Source of the DNA: an uncultured Bacteroidia bacterium
GTDB taxonomy: Bacteria; Bacteroidota; Bacteroidia; Bacteroidales; UBA932
NCBI GenBank assembly: GCA_902782225.1
Contig: CACZMF010000011.1
Coordinates: forward strand, 3,127 to 67,126
Reading direction: 5' to 3'
Length of the DNA stretch: 64,000 nucleotides
The notes under the pieces are model-generated. The model was not told the origin of the DNA. It worked only from the letters and a program-made list of their open reading frames with translations, and made no database searches. A program made the translations under genes and the position numbers. Shown one piece after another: positions 36,353 to 45,720 of this stretch (its first letter is position 1; every line of letters starts with the position of its first letter).

Positions 36353-37229
36353 ATTTTAGTCGCTTGATTTCATCATTGACCGCTTCGAGGCTGCGCATCG
36401 CCAGGCTGGCGCAGCGTATTCCGAAGCGTGCGGCATCCACGGCGGAGGCCTCAGGGCCCGCGTGGACTATTCCGGCAAGCAGGGCGTCACCGGCGCCGGT
36501 GGTGTTCACGAGGCCCTCTGCCGGAATGGCCGGAAGGCGGGTTTCCTCCCCGTTCTCGCGCACCGCAACTCCGTCGGAACCCCGGCTCACATAGATCCTC
36601 CCCACTTTCGTGCCGAGGGTCTTGCCGGGAGCGAAAAGGCCCAGCGCCTCGGCTTCCAGACGGTTGCACTTCAGGGCAAAAACCGGATCGGAATGGAGCC
36701 TGGACACGCTCAGGGCCTCCCTGAGGCGCGCCGCCTTGGCCGAAGATACGGCGTCGATGTACAGGGGCGGGATGCAGCCCGCCACCAGCAGTCCGAGGGT
36801 CTCGGCCGGCAGGTTGGTGTCGGCCACCACGGCGTCGGCGCCGTTGATGGCGTTCATCCGCCGCTCCAGCCACTCGGGAGTCATCAGGCCCGTGACCGCC
36901 ATGTCCGCCACGCCCCCGAGCAGCTCGCCGTCGGAGTCGTTTACGCTCACAAAGCACGCGTTCCTCGCGCCCTTGACCGTCTGGCTGTATTTCGTGCCAA
37001 TTCCGGCCGCGGCGCAGTGCTCCCGCAGCATACGGCCGAAGCCGTCGTCGCCGAACACGGTTACGAGTTCCACCTTGTCGCCGAGCAGGGCGAGATTATG
37101 GGCAATGTTGCGCCCCACGCCTCCGGGAGACGTGCGCACGGTGCCGGGATTGGAGTCCCGGGCCACGAAAGGGACTGCGGTCGTGGCACATATGTCCACG
37201 TTTGCTCCGCCTATGACAAAAACCTTCAT
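36345..37229 (-). CDS. psuK: PfkB-family carbohydrate kinase, probable pseudouridine kinase
   Basis: Track ORF 36345..37433 trimmed to ATG 37229 (MKVFVIGGANVDI). Motifs PGGVGRNIAHNL and C-terminal NTTGAGDALLAG. 8-nt overlap with the psuG start. Confidence 0.75.
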   Translation of the reverse strand: MKVFVIGGANVDICATTAVPFVARDSNPGTVRTSPGGVGRNIAHNLALLGDKVELVTVFGDDGFGRMLREHCAAAGIGTKYSQTVKGARNACFVSVNDSDGELLGGVADMAVTGLMTPEWLERRMNAINGADAVVADTNLPAETLGLLVAGCIPPLYIDAVSSAKAARLREALSVSRLHSDPVFALKCNRLEAEALGLFAPGKTLGTKVGRIYVSRGSDGVAVRENGEETRLPAIPAEGLVNTTGAGDALLAGIVHAGPEASAVDAARFGIRCASLAMRSLEAVNDEIKRLKYE

Positions 37230-37236
37230 AAGTACG

Positions 37237-37244
37237 CAAATATA
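37237..37244 (-). promoter_or_regulatory. -7 promoter box TATATTTG (minus strand)
   Basis: Plus strand reads CAAATATA. The G is 8 nt from ATG 37229. Confidence 0.45.
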
Positions 37245-37306
37245 ATAAAAATAGTTGTTACTGCGGCGCAGGTCTTTTTCCTCTGTCTGATTATCTTGAA
37301 AATACG

Positions 37307-37314
37307 TATATTTG
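37307..37314 (+). promoter_or_regulatory. -7 promoter box TATATTTG
   Basis: Exact match. The G is 10 nt from ATG 37324. It overlaps the track's TTG start at 37312. Confidence 0.5.
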
Positions 37315-37323
37315 CACGATAAA

Positions 37324-38775
37324 ATGAGTACAGCACAAGAGTTAAAGGAACTCCAGGCGCAGGAGTATAAGGAAGGCTTCGTGACCGAAGTCGAGCAGGA
37401 GTATGTGCCCAAAGGTCTCAACGAAGACATCATACGCCTGATATCGGCAAAGAAGCAGGAGCCGCAGTGGCTGCTGGATTTCCGGCTGGACGCCTTCCGG
37501 AAGTGGCAGGGGATGAAGGAGCCGCACTGGGGGCACCTGAAGCTTCCTAAGATTGACTATCAGGATATTATATACTACGCCGCTCCGAAGAAAGACAGCG
37601 AACGGCCCACCGAGATCGACCCTGCCCTGATGGAGACTTTCGACAAGCTGGGCATACCCCTGAAGGAGAGGGAAGTGCTCGCCGGCGTGAAGTCGAAGGA
37701 AGTGGCGGTGGACGCCGTCTTCGACTCCGTGAGCGTTGCCACCACCTTCCGCAAGACACTGGCAGACAAAGGGATAATCTTCTGTTCCTTCTCCGAAGCC
37801 GTGCGCGAGCATCCCGACCTGGTGCGTAAATATCTTGCCACCGTGGTGCCCGCTGGCGACAATTTCTTTGCGGCGCTCAATTCGGCGGTGTTTTCCGACG
37901 GCTCGTTCTGCTACGTGCCAAAGGGGGTGGAATGCCCGATGGAACTCAGCAGCTATTTCCGCATCAACGCTGCCGGCACCGGCCAGTTCGAGCGCACCCT
38001 CATCGTGGCCGACGAAGGCGCGAAGCTCAGCTATATGGAGGGCTGTACGGCCCCGATGCGCGACGAGAACCAGCTGCACGCCGCAGTGGTGGAAATCATA
38101 GTGGAGAAAGACGCCGACGTGAAGTACAGCACCGTGCAGAACTGGTATCCGGGGGATGCACAGGGCCGCGGCGGCATACTTAACCTCGTGACCAAGAGGG
38201 GATTGTGCAGGGGAGAAGGCTCGCACCTCAGCTGGACTCAGGTGGAGACCGGCTCCGCCGTGACCTGGAAATATCCGAGCACCATACTGAAGGGCGACTA
38301 CAGCTCGTCGGAGTTCTACAGCGTGGCCATGACCGGCAACTGGCAGCAGGCCGACACCGGTAGCAAGATGATACATCTGGGGCGCGGCACGCGCAGCCGC
38401 ATCGTGTCCAAGGGCATTTCCGCCGGCCACAGCGAAAACAGCTACCGCGGCCTTGTGCGCATAGGGCCAGGGGCGGTCGGGGCCCGGAATTTCTCTTCCT
38501 GCGACTCGCTGCTGATCGGCTCGCAGTGCGGGGCGCACACCTTCCCGGTGATCAAGAATTTCTGTCCGCAGGCGGTCGTGGAGCATGAGGCCACGACTTC
38601 GAAAATCAGCGACGACCAGCTCTTCTATTGCGGTCAGAGGGGTATAGGCCCCGAAGACGCAACTGCCTTGATTGTGGGCGGTTACGCCAAAGAAGTGCTC
38701 AGCCGGCTGCCGATGGAATTCGCCATCGAGGCCCAGAAACTGCTGAGCTTGTCCCTGGAGGGGGCAGTCGGATGA
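37324..38775 (+). CDS. sufB: Fe-S cluster assembly scaffold protein SufB
   Basis: ~483 aa. Motifs [69 protein letters not shown]. Confidence 0.92.
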   Translation: MSTAQELKELQAQEYKEGFVTEVEQEYVPKGLNEDIIRLISAKKQEPQWLLDFRLDAFRKWQGMKEPHWGHLKLPKIDYQDIIYYAAPKKDSERPTEIDPALMETFDKLGIPLKEREVLAGVKSKEVAVDAVFDSVSVATTFRKTLADKGIIFCSFSEAVREHPDLVRKYLATVVPAGDNFFAALNSAVFSDGSFCYVPKGVECPMELSSYFRINAAGTGQFERTLIVADEGAKLSYMEGCTAPMRDENQLHAAVVEIIVEKDADVKYSTVQNWYPGDAQGRGGILNLVTKRGLCRGEGSHLSWTQVETGSAVTWKYPSTILKGDYSSSEFYSVAMTGNWQQADTGSKMIHLGRGTRSRIVSKGISAGHSENSYRGLVRIGPGAVGARNFSSCDSLLIGSQCGAHTFPVIKNFCPQAVVEHEATTSKISDDQLFYCGQRGIGPEDATALIVGGYAKEVLSRLPMEFAIEAQKLLSLSLEGAVG

Positions 38776-39371
38776 CTTGGGTTGAGATCATATCGGCCGT
38801 GCTTGGCCTGAGCTGCGTGTTCCTTGCTGGACGCGGCTCCAAGTACAATTTCTGGGTGGGGTATGTGTATAACATATTCCTCTTCGTGCTGTTCTGGCGG
38901 CAGCATCTCTACAGCGCGATGCTCCTGCAGCCCGTCGCCTTTGCAATCAATTTCTACGGCCACTGGCGCTGGACGCACCCCCGGGAGGAAGAAAAGAACT
39001 CCAAAGGAGACCTGAAAATCGGAAGCCTCAGCACAAGTATGTGGGTGAGTATGTTCACGTTCGTGGTGCTTGGGGGCTTGCTCTGGGCCAGGGCCCTGCA
39101 GTGGCTGCCGGAGCGCTGGCCGGACGTTTTCGCCCCGGATCCCCAGCCGCTGCTGGATTCCTTCACGCTGATGCTCACCCTGTCGGCGCAGTTCCTCAGC
39201 GCCCGCAAGTGCTGGGAATGCTGGATAGTGTGGCTGGTGGTAAATGTTGCAAACATAGCGCTTTACATCAGCTCGGGCCTCTACGTCATGCCCCTTGTCA
39301 GCCTGCTCTACCTTGGCAACGGCATCTGGTCGCTGGTGAGCTGGAAAAAGAAATACAACAAAGATGAGTAA
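38772..39371 (+). CDS. pnuC: Nicotinamide riboside/NMN transporter PnuC-family membrane protein
   Basis: Track ORF 38628..39371 trimmed to ATG 38772 (ATGA overlap with the sufB stop). Multi-TM protein with [47 protein letters not shown]. Confidence 0.75.
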   Translation: MTWVEIISAVLGLSCVFLAGRGSKYNFWVGYVYNIFLFVLFWRQHLYSAMLLQPVAFAINFYGHWRWTHPREEEKNSKGDLKIGSLSTSMWVSMFTFVVLGGLLWARALQWLPERWPDVFAPDPQPLLDSFTLMLTLSAQFLSARKCWECWIVWLVVNVANIALYISSGLYVMPLVSLLYLGNGIWSLVSWKKKYNKDE

Positions 39372-40116
39372 TATACTGCTTGAAATCAAAGACCTCCACG
39401 CCGGCATCGAAGGCCGGGAGATACTGAAGGGGGTGAACCTCACCATCCGCAGGGGAGAAGTCCACGCCGTGATGGGGCCCAACGGGGCGGGAAAGTCCAC
39501 GCTGAGTGCCGTGCTGGCCGGTCGCGCCGACTACACTGTCACCTCGGGCTCAGTCACTTACGACGGCCGCGATCTGCTCGCTATGGCCCCCGAGGAGCGC
39601 TCCTGGGCCGGCATTTTCCTGAGCTTCCAGTACCCAGTGGAGATACCAGGGGTCAGCATCACCAACTTCATGAAGGCCGCCCTGAATTCGCGCCGCAAGG
39701 CCCAGGGCCTGCCGGAGCTCAAGCCGGCTGAGTTCCTGAAATTGCTCAAGGACCGGATGGCCATGGTGCAGATGAAGGGGGAATTCGCAAAGCGGGAAGT
39801 CAACGTGGGCTTCTCCGGAGGCGAGAAAAAGCGCAACGAAATTTTCCAGATGGCCATGCTGGAGCCCACCCTCAGCATACTTGACGAGACCGACAGCGGC
39901 CTCGACGTGGATGCCCTCCGCATCGTGGCGGACGGCGTGAACCGCCTGCGCACGCCGCAGACGGCCTCTATTGTGATCACCCACTACCAGCGCCTGCTGG
40001 ACTATATAGTGCCCGACGTCGTCCACGTGCTCAAGGCGGGACGCATCGTGCGCACCGGCGGCCGCGAACTGGTGGACCTTATAGAAACCCAAGGGTACGA
40101 CGGAATCGATGGATAG
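39364..40116 (+). CDS. sufC: Fe-S cluster assembly ATPase SufC
   Basis: Walker A GPNGAGKST, ABC signature FSGGEKKRNEI, Walker B LSILDETDSGLD. 8-nt overlap with pnuC. Confidence 0.92.
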   Translation: MSNILLEIKDLHAGIEGREILKGVNLTIRRGEVHAVMGPNGAGKSTLSAVLAGRADYTVTSGSVTYDGRDLLAMAPEERSWAGIFLSFQYPVEIPGVSITNFMKAALNSRRKAQGLPELKPAEFLKLLKDRMAMVQMKGEFAKREVNVGFSGGEKKRNEIFQMAMLEPTLSILDETDSGLDVDALRIVADGVNRLRTPQTASIVITHYQRLLDYIVPDVVHVLKAGRIVRTGGRELVDLIETQGYDGIDG

Positions 40117-40672
40117 TCTCGTTTGCATAGCCGGCCGCGACCCGGTCCCGTCCTTCCTCAGCCTGGGGGAGGGAGAGTCGCTGCACATGACCCTGGTCGT
40201 CCCTGAAGGCGTGAGCATCGAGCATTCGCTGGAAATCCACCTCGACGGCCCCGGAGCCTCCCTGGACCTTGCGGGGGCATGGCGCTGCTCTTCCGACGAG
40301 CGCGTGCGGCTTCAGGTCATAGTGCGCCACAATGCCCCCGGATGCACTTCCGGGCAGCTTTTCAAGGGCGTCGTGGCCGGCAGCGCAAGGGCCGAATTCG
40401 ACGGCCTCGTGTATGTGGCGCCAGGTGCCGTGAAGACAGAGGCGCGCCAGCAGAGCCACTCGCTGCTCCTTTCGGAGGGCGCCTTTGCTGAAGCGCGTCC
40501 GCAGCTGGAAATCTACGCCGACGACGTGCAGTGCTCCCACGGAGCCACCACGGGCTACCTCAATCCCGAGGAGCTGTTCTATATGCGCAGCCGCGGCATA
40601 CCTGAGGAGGAGGCGCGCGCAATGCAGGTGGAGGCCTTCCTCGCACCCGTCCTGAACCGGCTGGAGCTATGA
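40109..40672 (+). CDS. sufD: Short (187-aa) SufD-like Fe-S assembly protein (C-terminal core only)
   Basis: Motifs GQLFKGVVAGSARAEFDGLVYV, KTEARQQSHSLLLSEGA, PQLEIYADDVQCSHGATTG, EELFYMRSRGI. Overlaps sufC by 8 nt and ispE by 4 nt. Confidence 0.75.
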   Translation: MDSLVCIAGRDPVPSFLSLGEGESLHMTLVVPEGVSIEHSLEIHLDGPGASLDLAGAWRCSSDERVRLQVIVRHNAPGCTSGQLFKGVVAGSARAEFDGLVYVAPGAVKTEARQQSHSLLLSEGAFAEARPQLEIYADDVQCSHGATTGYLNPEELFYMRSRGIPEEEARAMQVEAFLAPVLNRLEL

Positions 40673-41577
40673 CGGTCAGGACCTGCACCAAAGTCAACAT
40701 CGGGCTCAACGTGCTGCGCCGCCGCCCCGACGGCTACCACGACCTTGAGACCCTCTTCGTGCCGTATCACGGCTTCGGGGACGTACTCACGGTGGAGCCG
40801 GCGGAGGCGCTTTCGATTGAAATCGAGCGGGAAGGCGGAGTGGACTGGGATCCGATGCAGGACCTCACGGTGCGCGCCTGGCGCCTTCTGAAGGCCGATT
40901 TCCCGCAGCTCCCCGAGGTTTCCATCCATCTTGAGAAACACGCCCCGGTGGGCGCCGGACTCGGCGGAGGATCGGCCGACGCCGCCTTCATGCTGCGGGC
41001 GCTCAACGACCTGGCGGGCCTGGGCCTCGATGACTCGGCCCTCGCCTCCTACGCCGCCCGCCTGGGCTCCGACTGCAGTTTTTTCATCAGGATGAGAAAA
41101 CTGCCAAGTTCCCCGGTCGCTGACGCTCCGAACCTTTATCAACCGATGTTCGCAAGCGGCCGCGGAGAGATACTCGAGCCCTTCGACATCGACCTCTCCG
41201 GCTACGAGCTGAAGGTCGAAATCCCGACGGACGCCTCCGGCGCTCCCGTCGCCGTGAGCACCCGCGAGGCCTACGGCGGCATCGTTCCCCGCGACCGCTG
41301 GTACGCAACGGGTAAGGCGCTGGGAAAGCAGGCCGAAGCCGATTTTGGCCCTTACGAACATGAGGCTTCGGCCTGCTTTCCCAGCACCGAATCGCTTCGT
41401 GACCTCCTCCGGCTGCCGGTGGAGCAGTGGCGGGGCAGGGTCGTAAATGACTTCGAGTCAACGGTTTGCCCATTGCACCCCGAAATACCCGCCCTTATCG
41501 CCGATTTCTACGCCCGTGGCGCGGTTTATGCGGCAATGTCAGGCTCCGGATCCTCGGTTTTCGGCCTTTTTAAATAA
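40669..41577 (+). CDS. ispE: 4-(cytidine 5'-diphospho)-2-C-methyl-D-erythritol kinase
   Basis: Motif KVNIGLNVLRRRPDGYHDLETLF. GHMP kinase motif PVGAGLGGGSADAA. C-terminal MSGSGSSVFGLF. Confidence 0.88.
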   Translation: MTVRTCTKVNIGLNVLRRRPDGYHDLETLFVPYHGFGDVLTVEPAEALSIEIEREGGVDWDPMQDLTVRAWRLLKADFPQLPEVSIHLEKHAPVGAGLGGGSADAAFMLRALNDLAGLGLDDSALASYAARLGSDCSFFIRMRKLPSSPVADAPNLYQPMFASGRGEILEPFDIDLSGYELKVEIPTDASGAPVAVSTREAYGGIVPRDRWYATGKALGKQAEADFGPYEHEASACFPSTESLRDLLRLPVEQWRGRVVNDFESTVCPLHPEIPALIADFYARGAVYAAMSGSGSSVFGLFK

Positions 41578-41605
41578 AAAGGCACCAACCTATCCGGAAA
41601 ATACT

Positions 41606-41613
41606 TACCTTTG
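41606..41613 (+). promoter_or_regulatory. -7 promoter box TACCTTTG
   Basis: Exact match. It overlaps the track's TTG start at 41611. The G is 7 nt from ATG 41620. Confidence 0.45.
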
Positions 41614-41619
41614 CAGTTC

Positions 41620-44178
41620 ATGCGCAAATGTGCCATCATACTTGCGATGCTGTTCGCCTGCATGCTCGCCGCTGCCCAGACCACCAAGGTCCGTGGCACA
41701 GTGACCGATGCCGACACCGGCGAACCCATCCCGTTTGCAGGCATCTATTTCAAAGACACCACGATCGGCCTCACCGCCGACATCGACGGCCGCTTCACCC
41801 TCGAGACCCGTGACCCCTCGGTCAAAGTGCTCGTCTGCCAGCTCCTCGGCTACGACACACAGGAAGTCACCATCAAGCACGGCGCATTCACCGAAGTGGA
41901 CTTCAAACTCCACCTCACCGACAACCGCCTCACCGGCTCCTTCGTGAAGGCCGACAACCGCAAGATACGGCGCCTCCTCGCCAACATCGACAAGCACCGC
42001 GACCGCAACGACCCGGACCGCCGTCCGCACTATAAGTGCAAGGTCTACAACAAGATGGAGCTCGACCTCACGCATCCCAGAGAGCAGCTCAATTTCAAGG
42101 CGTTCGTGGATAACTTCGGCTTCGTGTTCGACTACATGGACACCTCCGTGGTCAGCGGCGTGCCCTACCTGCCGGCAATGATATCCGAGACCGTGGTGGA
42201 AAGGCGCCACACCGCCGTGCCCGACGCCGATGCCGAAACCATCCTCGCCAACCGCATCTCCGGCATCAACCCCAAGCACAACCTGCTGACCCAGTTCACC
42301 GGCAGCATGCACCTGAAGGCCAACTTCTACCACAACTTCATCAACGCCTTCAACGTGGAGTTCCCGTCCCCTATCCAGAACGGCGGCCTGCTCTACTACA
42401 ACTATTTCATCATAGACACCCTGCAGGTCGAGGGACGCAAGACCTACCTCGTGCGCTTCCATCCCAAGAACGGCATCTCCAGCCCAGCACTGGACGGCGA
42501 GATGCGTATCGACGCCGAGGAATTCGCCCTCCGGAGCATAAAGGCCAAGATGATGCGCGGCGGCAACGTGAACTGGCTGCGCGACATAGTCCTGGAGTCT
42601 GACTATCAGCGCCTTCCGGACTCTACCTGGTTCTTCAGCCAGGACAAGCTCTACGCCGATTTCTCGATAGCACTCGGCGACTCATCCCGCGTCATGTCCG
42701 TAATCGGCATGCGCCAGCTCAACTACTCCGAAATGGACTTCGAGTCGGAGGTGCAGGCGGCCGACGCGTCCGGAAAGGTGAAGGTGCTCCCGGAGTCCAA
42801 CTTCATGACGGACGAATACTGGGAGAAGGCCCGCCCCTACGAGCTGAACGACAGGGAGAAAGGCATCTACACGATGGTGGACAGGGTGCAGAAGGCGCCG
42901 ATCTACCAAGGCATCTACAACACCGTCTACACCCTCGTGAACGAGTACCTCGATGTGGGCCCCGTCGGCTTCGGACCATACATGAGCCTCATCAGCGCCA
43001 ACAACCTGGAAGGCGTCAAGCCGAGGATAGGCATCCACACGTCGAAGGAGCTCAGCACCGATTTCCGCTGGACCGGATTCATCGCCTACGGCTTCGACAA
43101 GCACCTGAAAATGCCGGAAGGGACCAGTGCAGGAGGGCTGAAGGGCGGCGTGACCTACGAACGCAAGTTCCGCAAGGACCCCTGGCGCAAGCTCACCCTG
43201 GACGCATCCTACGACGCCGTGCAGCTCGGCAAGGGCAACAGCAACCTGACCAGCGGCAACATCCTCGCCTCGATCTGGGGCCGTCAGTCCAAGCTGGTCA
43301 ACCAGAGCAGCTTCTCCGCCCTGTATGAGCATGAATTCTCAATGAATTTCAACATGTTCGCAAGCGTGGACCTGAAGCGCTGGTATGCCAATCCCTTCGT
43401 GCCCATGGAAACCTGGGGTCCGGACGGGACCCTGATACCGCAGCGTAGCGTTGCAGTCAACGAAGTGCGCCTTACCGGCCGCTTCTCATGGGAGGAGACC
43501 GTCAACAGGGGATATTTCCAGAAGGCCTTCGTCCACACCGACTACCCTATAGTCACCCTGGACCTGAGGGGGTCCGTACCAGGCATCCGTCCCGAAGACG
43601 TGGGCTATTTCAAGCCGCAGCTCTTCGTGGACTGGAAGTTCCGCGTGCCGCCGATGGGTATGTCGGATATGCATCTCAACGCCGGCGCCATCATAGGCCG
43701 CGTGCCCTGGATGACGCTCCAGATGTTCGACGGCAACGCCACCAACATCATGGACAAGAGCGCCTTCTCCTGCATGGAGTACTTCGAATTCGCGGCCGAC
43801 AAGTGGGCTTCGCTCATCTGGTACCACACCTTCAACGGCTTCTTCCTCGGCAAGATTCCCCTCATCCGCAAGCTCCAGCTGCGAGAGGAAGTTTCGGCGA
43901 AGATTGCCTACGGCACCCTGAGCGACCGCAACAACGGCACCGATCCGGGGTATGGCGCAATGATGAAATTCCCCGTCTACAACGAGTACGGAATGATGCA
44001 GCCGCTTGACGGCACACCGTACATCGAACTCGGTGCCGGCATCTCCAATATCTTCCGCCTCCTTCGCGTGGACTTCATCTGGAGGGTTACCCACCGCGAG
44101 AAGACCCTGCCCGACGGCAAGGTGGTTCCCGCCCGCCGCCTCTGGACCGTCAACGTGGGCATGGAAGTGCGGTTCTAA
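41620..44178 (+). CDS. DUF5686 / carboxypeptidase-regulatory-like domain outer-membrane protein
   Basis: Signal MRKCAIILAMLFACMLAAAQ. CarbopepD_reg-like KVRGTVTDADTGEPIPFAGIYFKDTTIGLTADIDGRF. Long beta-rich C-terminal region ending ..VGMEVRF. DUF5686 assignment is from memory. Confidence 0.7.
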   Translation: MRKCAIILAMLFACMLAAAQTTKVRGTVTDADTGEPIPFAGIYFKDTTIGLTADIDGRFTLETRDPSVKVLVCQLLGYDTQEVTIKHGAFTEVDFKLHLTDNRLTGSFVKADNRKIRRLLANIDKHRDRNDPDRRPHYKCKVYNKMELDLTHPREQLNFKAFVDNFGFVFDYMDTSVVSGVPYLPAMISETVVERRHTAVPDADAETILANRISGINPKHNLLTQFTGSMHLKANFYHNFINAFNVEFPSPIQNGGLLYYNYFIIDTLQVEGRKTYLVRFHPKNGISSPALDGEMRIDAEEFALRSIKAKMMRGGNVNWLRDIVLESDYQRLPDSTWFFSQDKLYADFSIALGDSSRVMSVIGMRQLNYSEMDFESEVQAADASGKVKVLPESNFMTDEYWEKARPYELNDREKGIYTMVDRVQKAPIYQGIYNTVYTLVNEYLDVGPVGFGPYMSLISANNLEGVKPRIGIHTSKELSTDFRWTGFIAYGFDKHLKMPEGTSAGGLKGGVTYERKFRKDPWRKLTLDASYDAVQLGKGNSNLTSGNILASIWGRQSKLVNQSSFSALYEHEFSMNFNMFASVDLKRWYANPFVPMETWGPDGTLIPQRSVAVNEVRLTGRFSWEETVNRGYFQKAFVHTDYPIVTLDLRGSVPGIRPEDVGYFKPQLFVDWKFRVPPMGMSDMHLNAGAIIGRVPWMTLQMFDGNATNIMDKSAFSCMEYFEFAADKWASLIWYHTFNGFFLGKIPLIRKLQLREEVSAKIAYGTLSDRNNGTDPGYGAMMKFPVYNEYGMMQPLDGTPYIELGAGISNIFRLLRVDFIWRVTHREKTLPDGKVVPARRLWTVNVGMEVRF

Positions 44179-44378
44179 ACCGTATACCCGGATTATCTAC
44201 TATTTTTTGTTTGTGTTCAAATAGTGAAACTATTGGAATACCCTTTTATGTGAAAGTGCGACCCTCATCGGCCCGTAGCGTGCCAGGTTGTCATTTAGTG
44301 GTAGGACCTGCTGCGAAAAAGGCCGAAAACGTGCCAGGCCCTACCATTCTTTGGCAGACCTGGCACGCCAGCATGAAA

Positions 44379-44409
44379 CCTCCCGACCTTTACCGGCCGG
44401 GAGGTTTTT
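44379..44409 (+). terminator. Rho-independent terminator (CCTCCCG-N12-CGGGAGG-TTTTT)
   Basis: 7-bp GC-rich stem plus a T5 tract, 200 nt downstream of the DUF5686 stop and preceded by further hairpins. Confidence 0.6.
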
Positions 44410-44447
44410 CGGAGGGCTTCCTTCGGATCTAAGTTATAACGCTTGCC

Positions 44448-44660
44448 CTATAGGGCGGCAATAAGCTCTGTTGTCAAGCCGGATGCCTTGGAAATCTTGC
44501 CCGCAGGCACTCCTAGCTCTTTCAGCGCCTTAGCCATTTCGGTTTTTCCCTTGGCTTCACCTCGGGCCTCACCTCTGGCTTCACCGATAGTTTCACCTTC
44601 GGCCTTGCCCTTCTTGAAGGCAAAGGATAATTCGCACATTCTGTCGAGTTCGGTAGTCAT
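44448..44660 (-). CDS. Small protein resembling the C-terminal tail of Rpn-family (PD-(D/E)XK) recombination-promoting nucleases; possibly a remnant
   Basis: KGKAEGETIGEARGEARGEAKGKTEMAKALKELGVPAGKISKASGLTTELIAAL matches the (A/R)EG-repeat plus helix tail typical of Rpn/YhgA-like proteins. No nuclease domain lies upstream. Confidence 0.4.
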   Translation of the reverse strand: MTTELDRMCELSFAFKKGKAEGETIGEARGEARGEAKGKTEMAKALKELGVPAGKISKASGLTTELIAAL

Positions 44661-44808
44661 AATCTTATCGTAGTTTTGTCTTCTGTTCAAATCCGGGCGT
44701 CGTTGAGAACTATATTGTAGAGTTGCTGCACCTGATTCCGTAGGATTGGTATGTCGTTTTTAGCTGTCGGCCGCTTCCAGGATATCGGACAGACGGCCAA
44801 GGTCGCGT

Positions 44809-45579
44809 TTAGGCTCTCTCATAGACAAGATATTTATCTTTATCCACAGAAGGCCTGGCGTATGGTTTAAGAGACTCCTCCGGCACAAGATCTACGGGCC
44901 GCCCGGCAGCTTGTTCCAGTTGATTGACAAGGTCGGAAAAAGCCATCAATCCAATGTGTGCAGACTTATCGATGGATACAAGCAAATCTAAATCGCTGTC
45001 GGGCCTTTCCTCCATCCTTGCAAAGGAACCGAACAACCACGCCCGAAGCACTGGAGCCGTGGAAAGAACCTGACATATATTATTCACCGTTGAAATCCTT
45101 TCGTTGTCAAGTCTGGAAAGGATTTCGCTGATCTCCTCCTTCTTGCCTTTCCTTGAGGCATAACGAACAAGGCGGGAGACATTGACGTCGTATTCTTCAA
45201 ATGTCTTTTGAAACGCCCGCACTGTACTGGCCAAACTGTTTTGAGAGTATTCTTTATCCGATATACGATCAACCAGCAATTTCTCAATTGTCGGGACTGT
45301 AACTTCACCTTGGCGGAATACCGGGGATTCGGAGATGAAAGGCTTCACAAGAATATAATCGTGTAAATCCTCAATCATAGGATACGCCCTTTTGATATCG
45401 ACAACGTCAGGATAATGCTTCTTCAGAGCCATAATGACTCTTGAAACATCTCCCCGAGACACTTCAACTACAAGGTTGCGTGCGTGCTGGACAACGCAAA
45501 GATTGACGCCTTCCAATTCATCTGAAAGAGTCTTGGTTACGCTCCTCATTAATGGCGTAATATGCACCTGATACCTCAT
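44809..45579 (-). CDS. Fusion: N-terminal ~170-aa domain (DUF6577/AbiEi-C-like?) + C-terminal minimal nucleotidyltransferase (MNT) domain
   Basis: Track ORF trimmed to ATG 45579 (MRYQVHI). The C-terminal LFGSFARMEERPDSDLDLLV ... GRPVDLV is the classic G-S-x(n)-D-x-D NTase motif. The gene is visibly AT-richer than its neighbours. Confidence 0.65.
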   Translation of the reverse strand: MRYQVHITPLMRSVTKTLSDELEGVNLCVVQHARNLVVEVSRGDVSRVIMALKKHYPDVVDIKRAYPMIEDLHDYILVKPFISESPVFRQGEVTVPTIEKLLVDRISDKEYSQNSLASTVRAFQKTFEEYDVNVSRLVRYASRKGKKEEISEILSRLDNERISTVNNICQVLSTAPVLRAWLFGSFARMEERPDSDLDLLVSIDKSAHIGLMAFSDLVNQLEQAAGRPVDLVPEESLKPYARPSVDKDKYLVYERA

Positions 45580-45594
45580 CGCCGATATTTTTTG

Positions 45595-45602
45595 CAAATA
45601 TA
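45595..45602 (-). promoter_or_regulatory. -7 promoter box TATATTTG (minus strand)
   Basis: Plus strand reads CAAATATA, 16 nt upstream of ATG 45579. Confidence 0.5.
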
Positions 45603-45605
45603 TAC

Positions 45606-45638
45606 ATTTTGGCAATATTTCCAAAAAATTGCCAAAAT
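45606..45638. promoter_or_regulatory. Perfect 11-bp inverted repeat ATTTTGGCAAT-N11-ATTGCCAAAAT (candidate operator)
   Basis: Sits immediately upstream of the -7 box of the NTase-fusion gene, at the position expected for the -33 region. Confidence 0.5.
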
Positions 45639-45720
45639 ATCGGGCGCGCGGCGAGGCGGAGACACCCGTCTTCGAATTCAGGCATGGCGTCGGCAGCGGC
45701 TGAGGCAAACAAGACTCTTT

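Noticed and set aside
37342-38586. 414-aa minus-strand ORF opposite sufB. Similar cases are 10537..11586, 18140..19207, 41605..42462, 27921..28862, 29215..30057, 25083..25880, 39550..40218, 40579..41361, 43486..44094 and 52032..52883.
   Set aside because: All lie antisense or out of frame within genes that have strong family signatures. None has recognisable motifs, a signal peptide or a plausible promoter context.
40109-40672. Short sufD as a pseudogene
   Set aside because: The frame is intact, it overlaps both neighbours in a translationally coupled way, and no degraded N-terminal SufD coding remnant is visible upstream because sufC is full length. It is treated as a genuine short variant.
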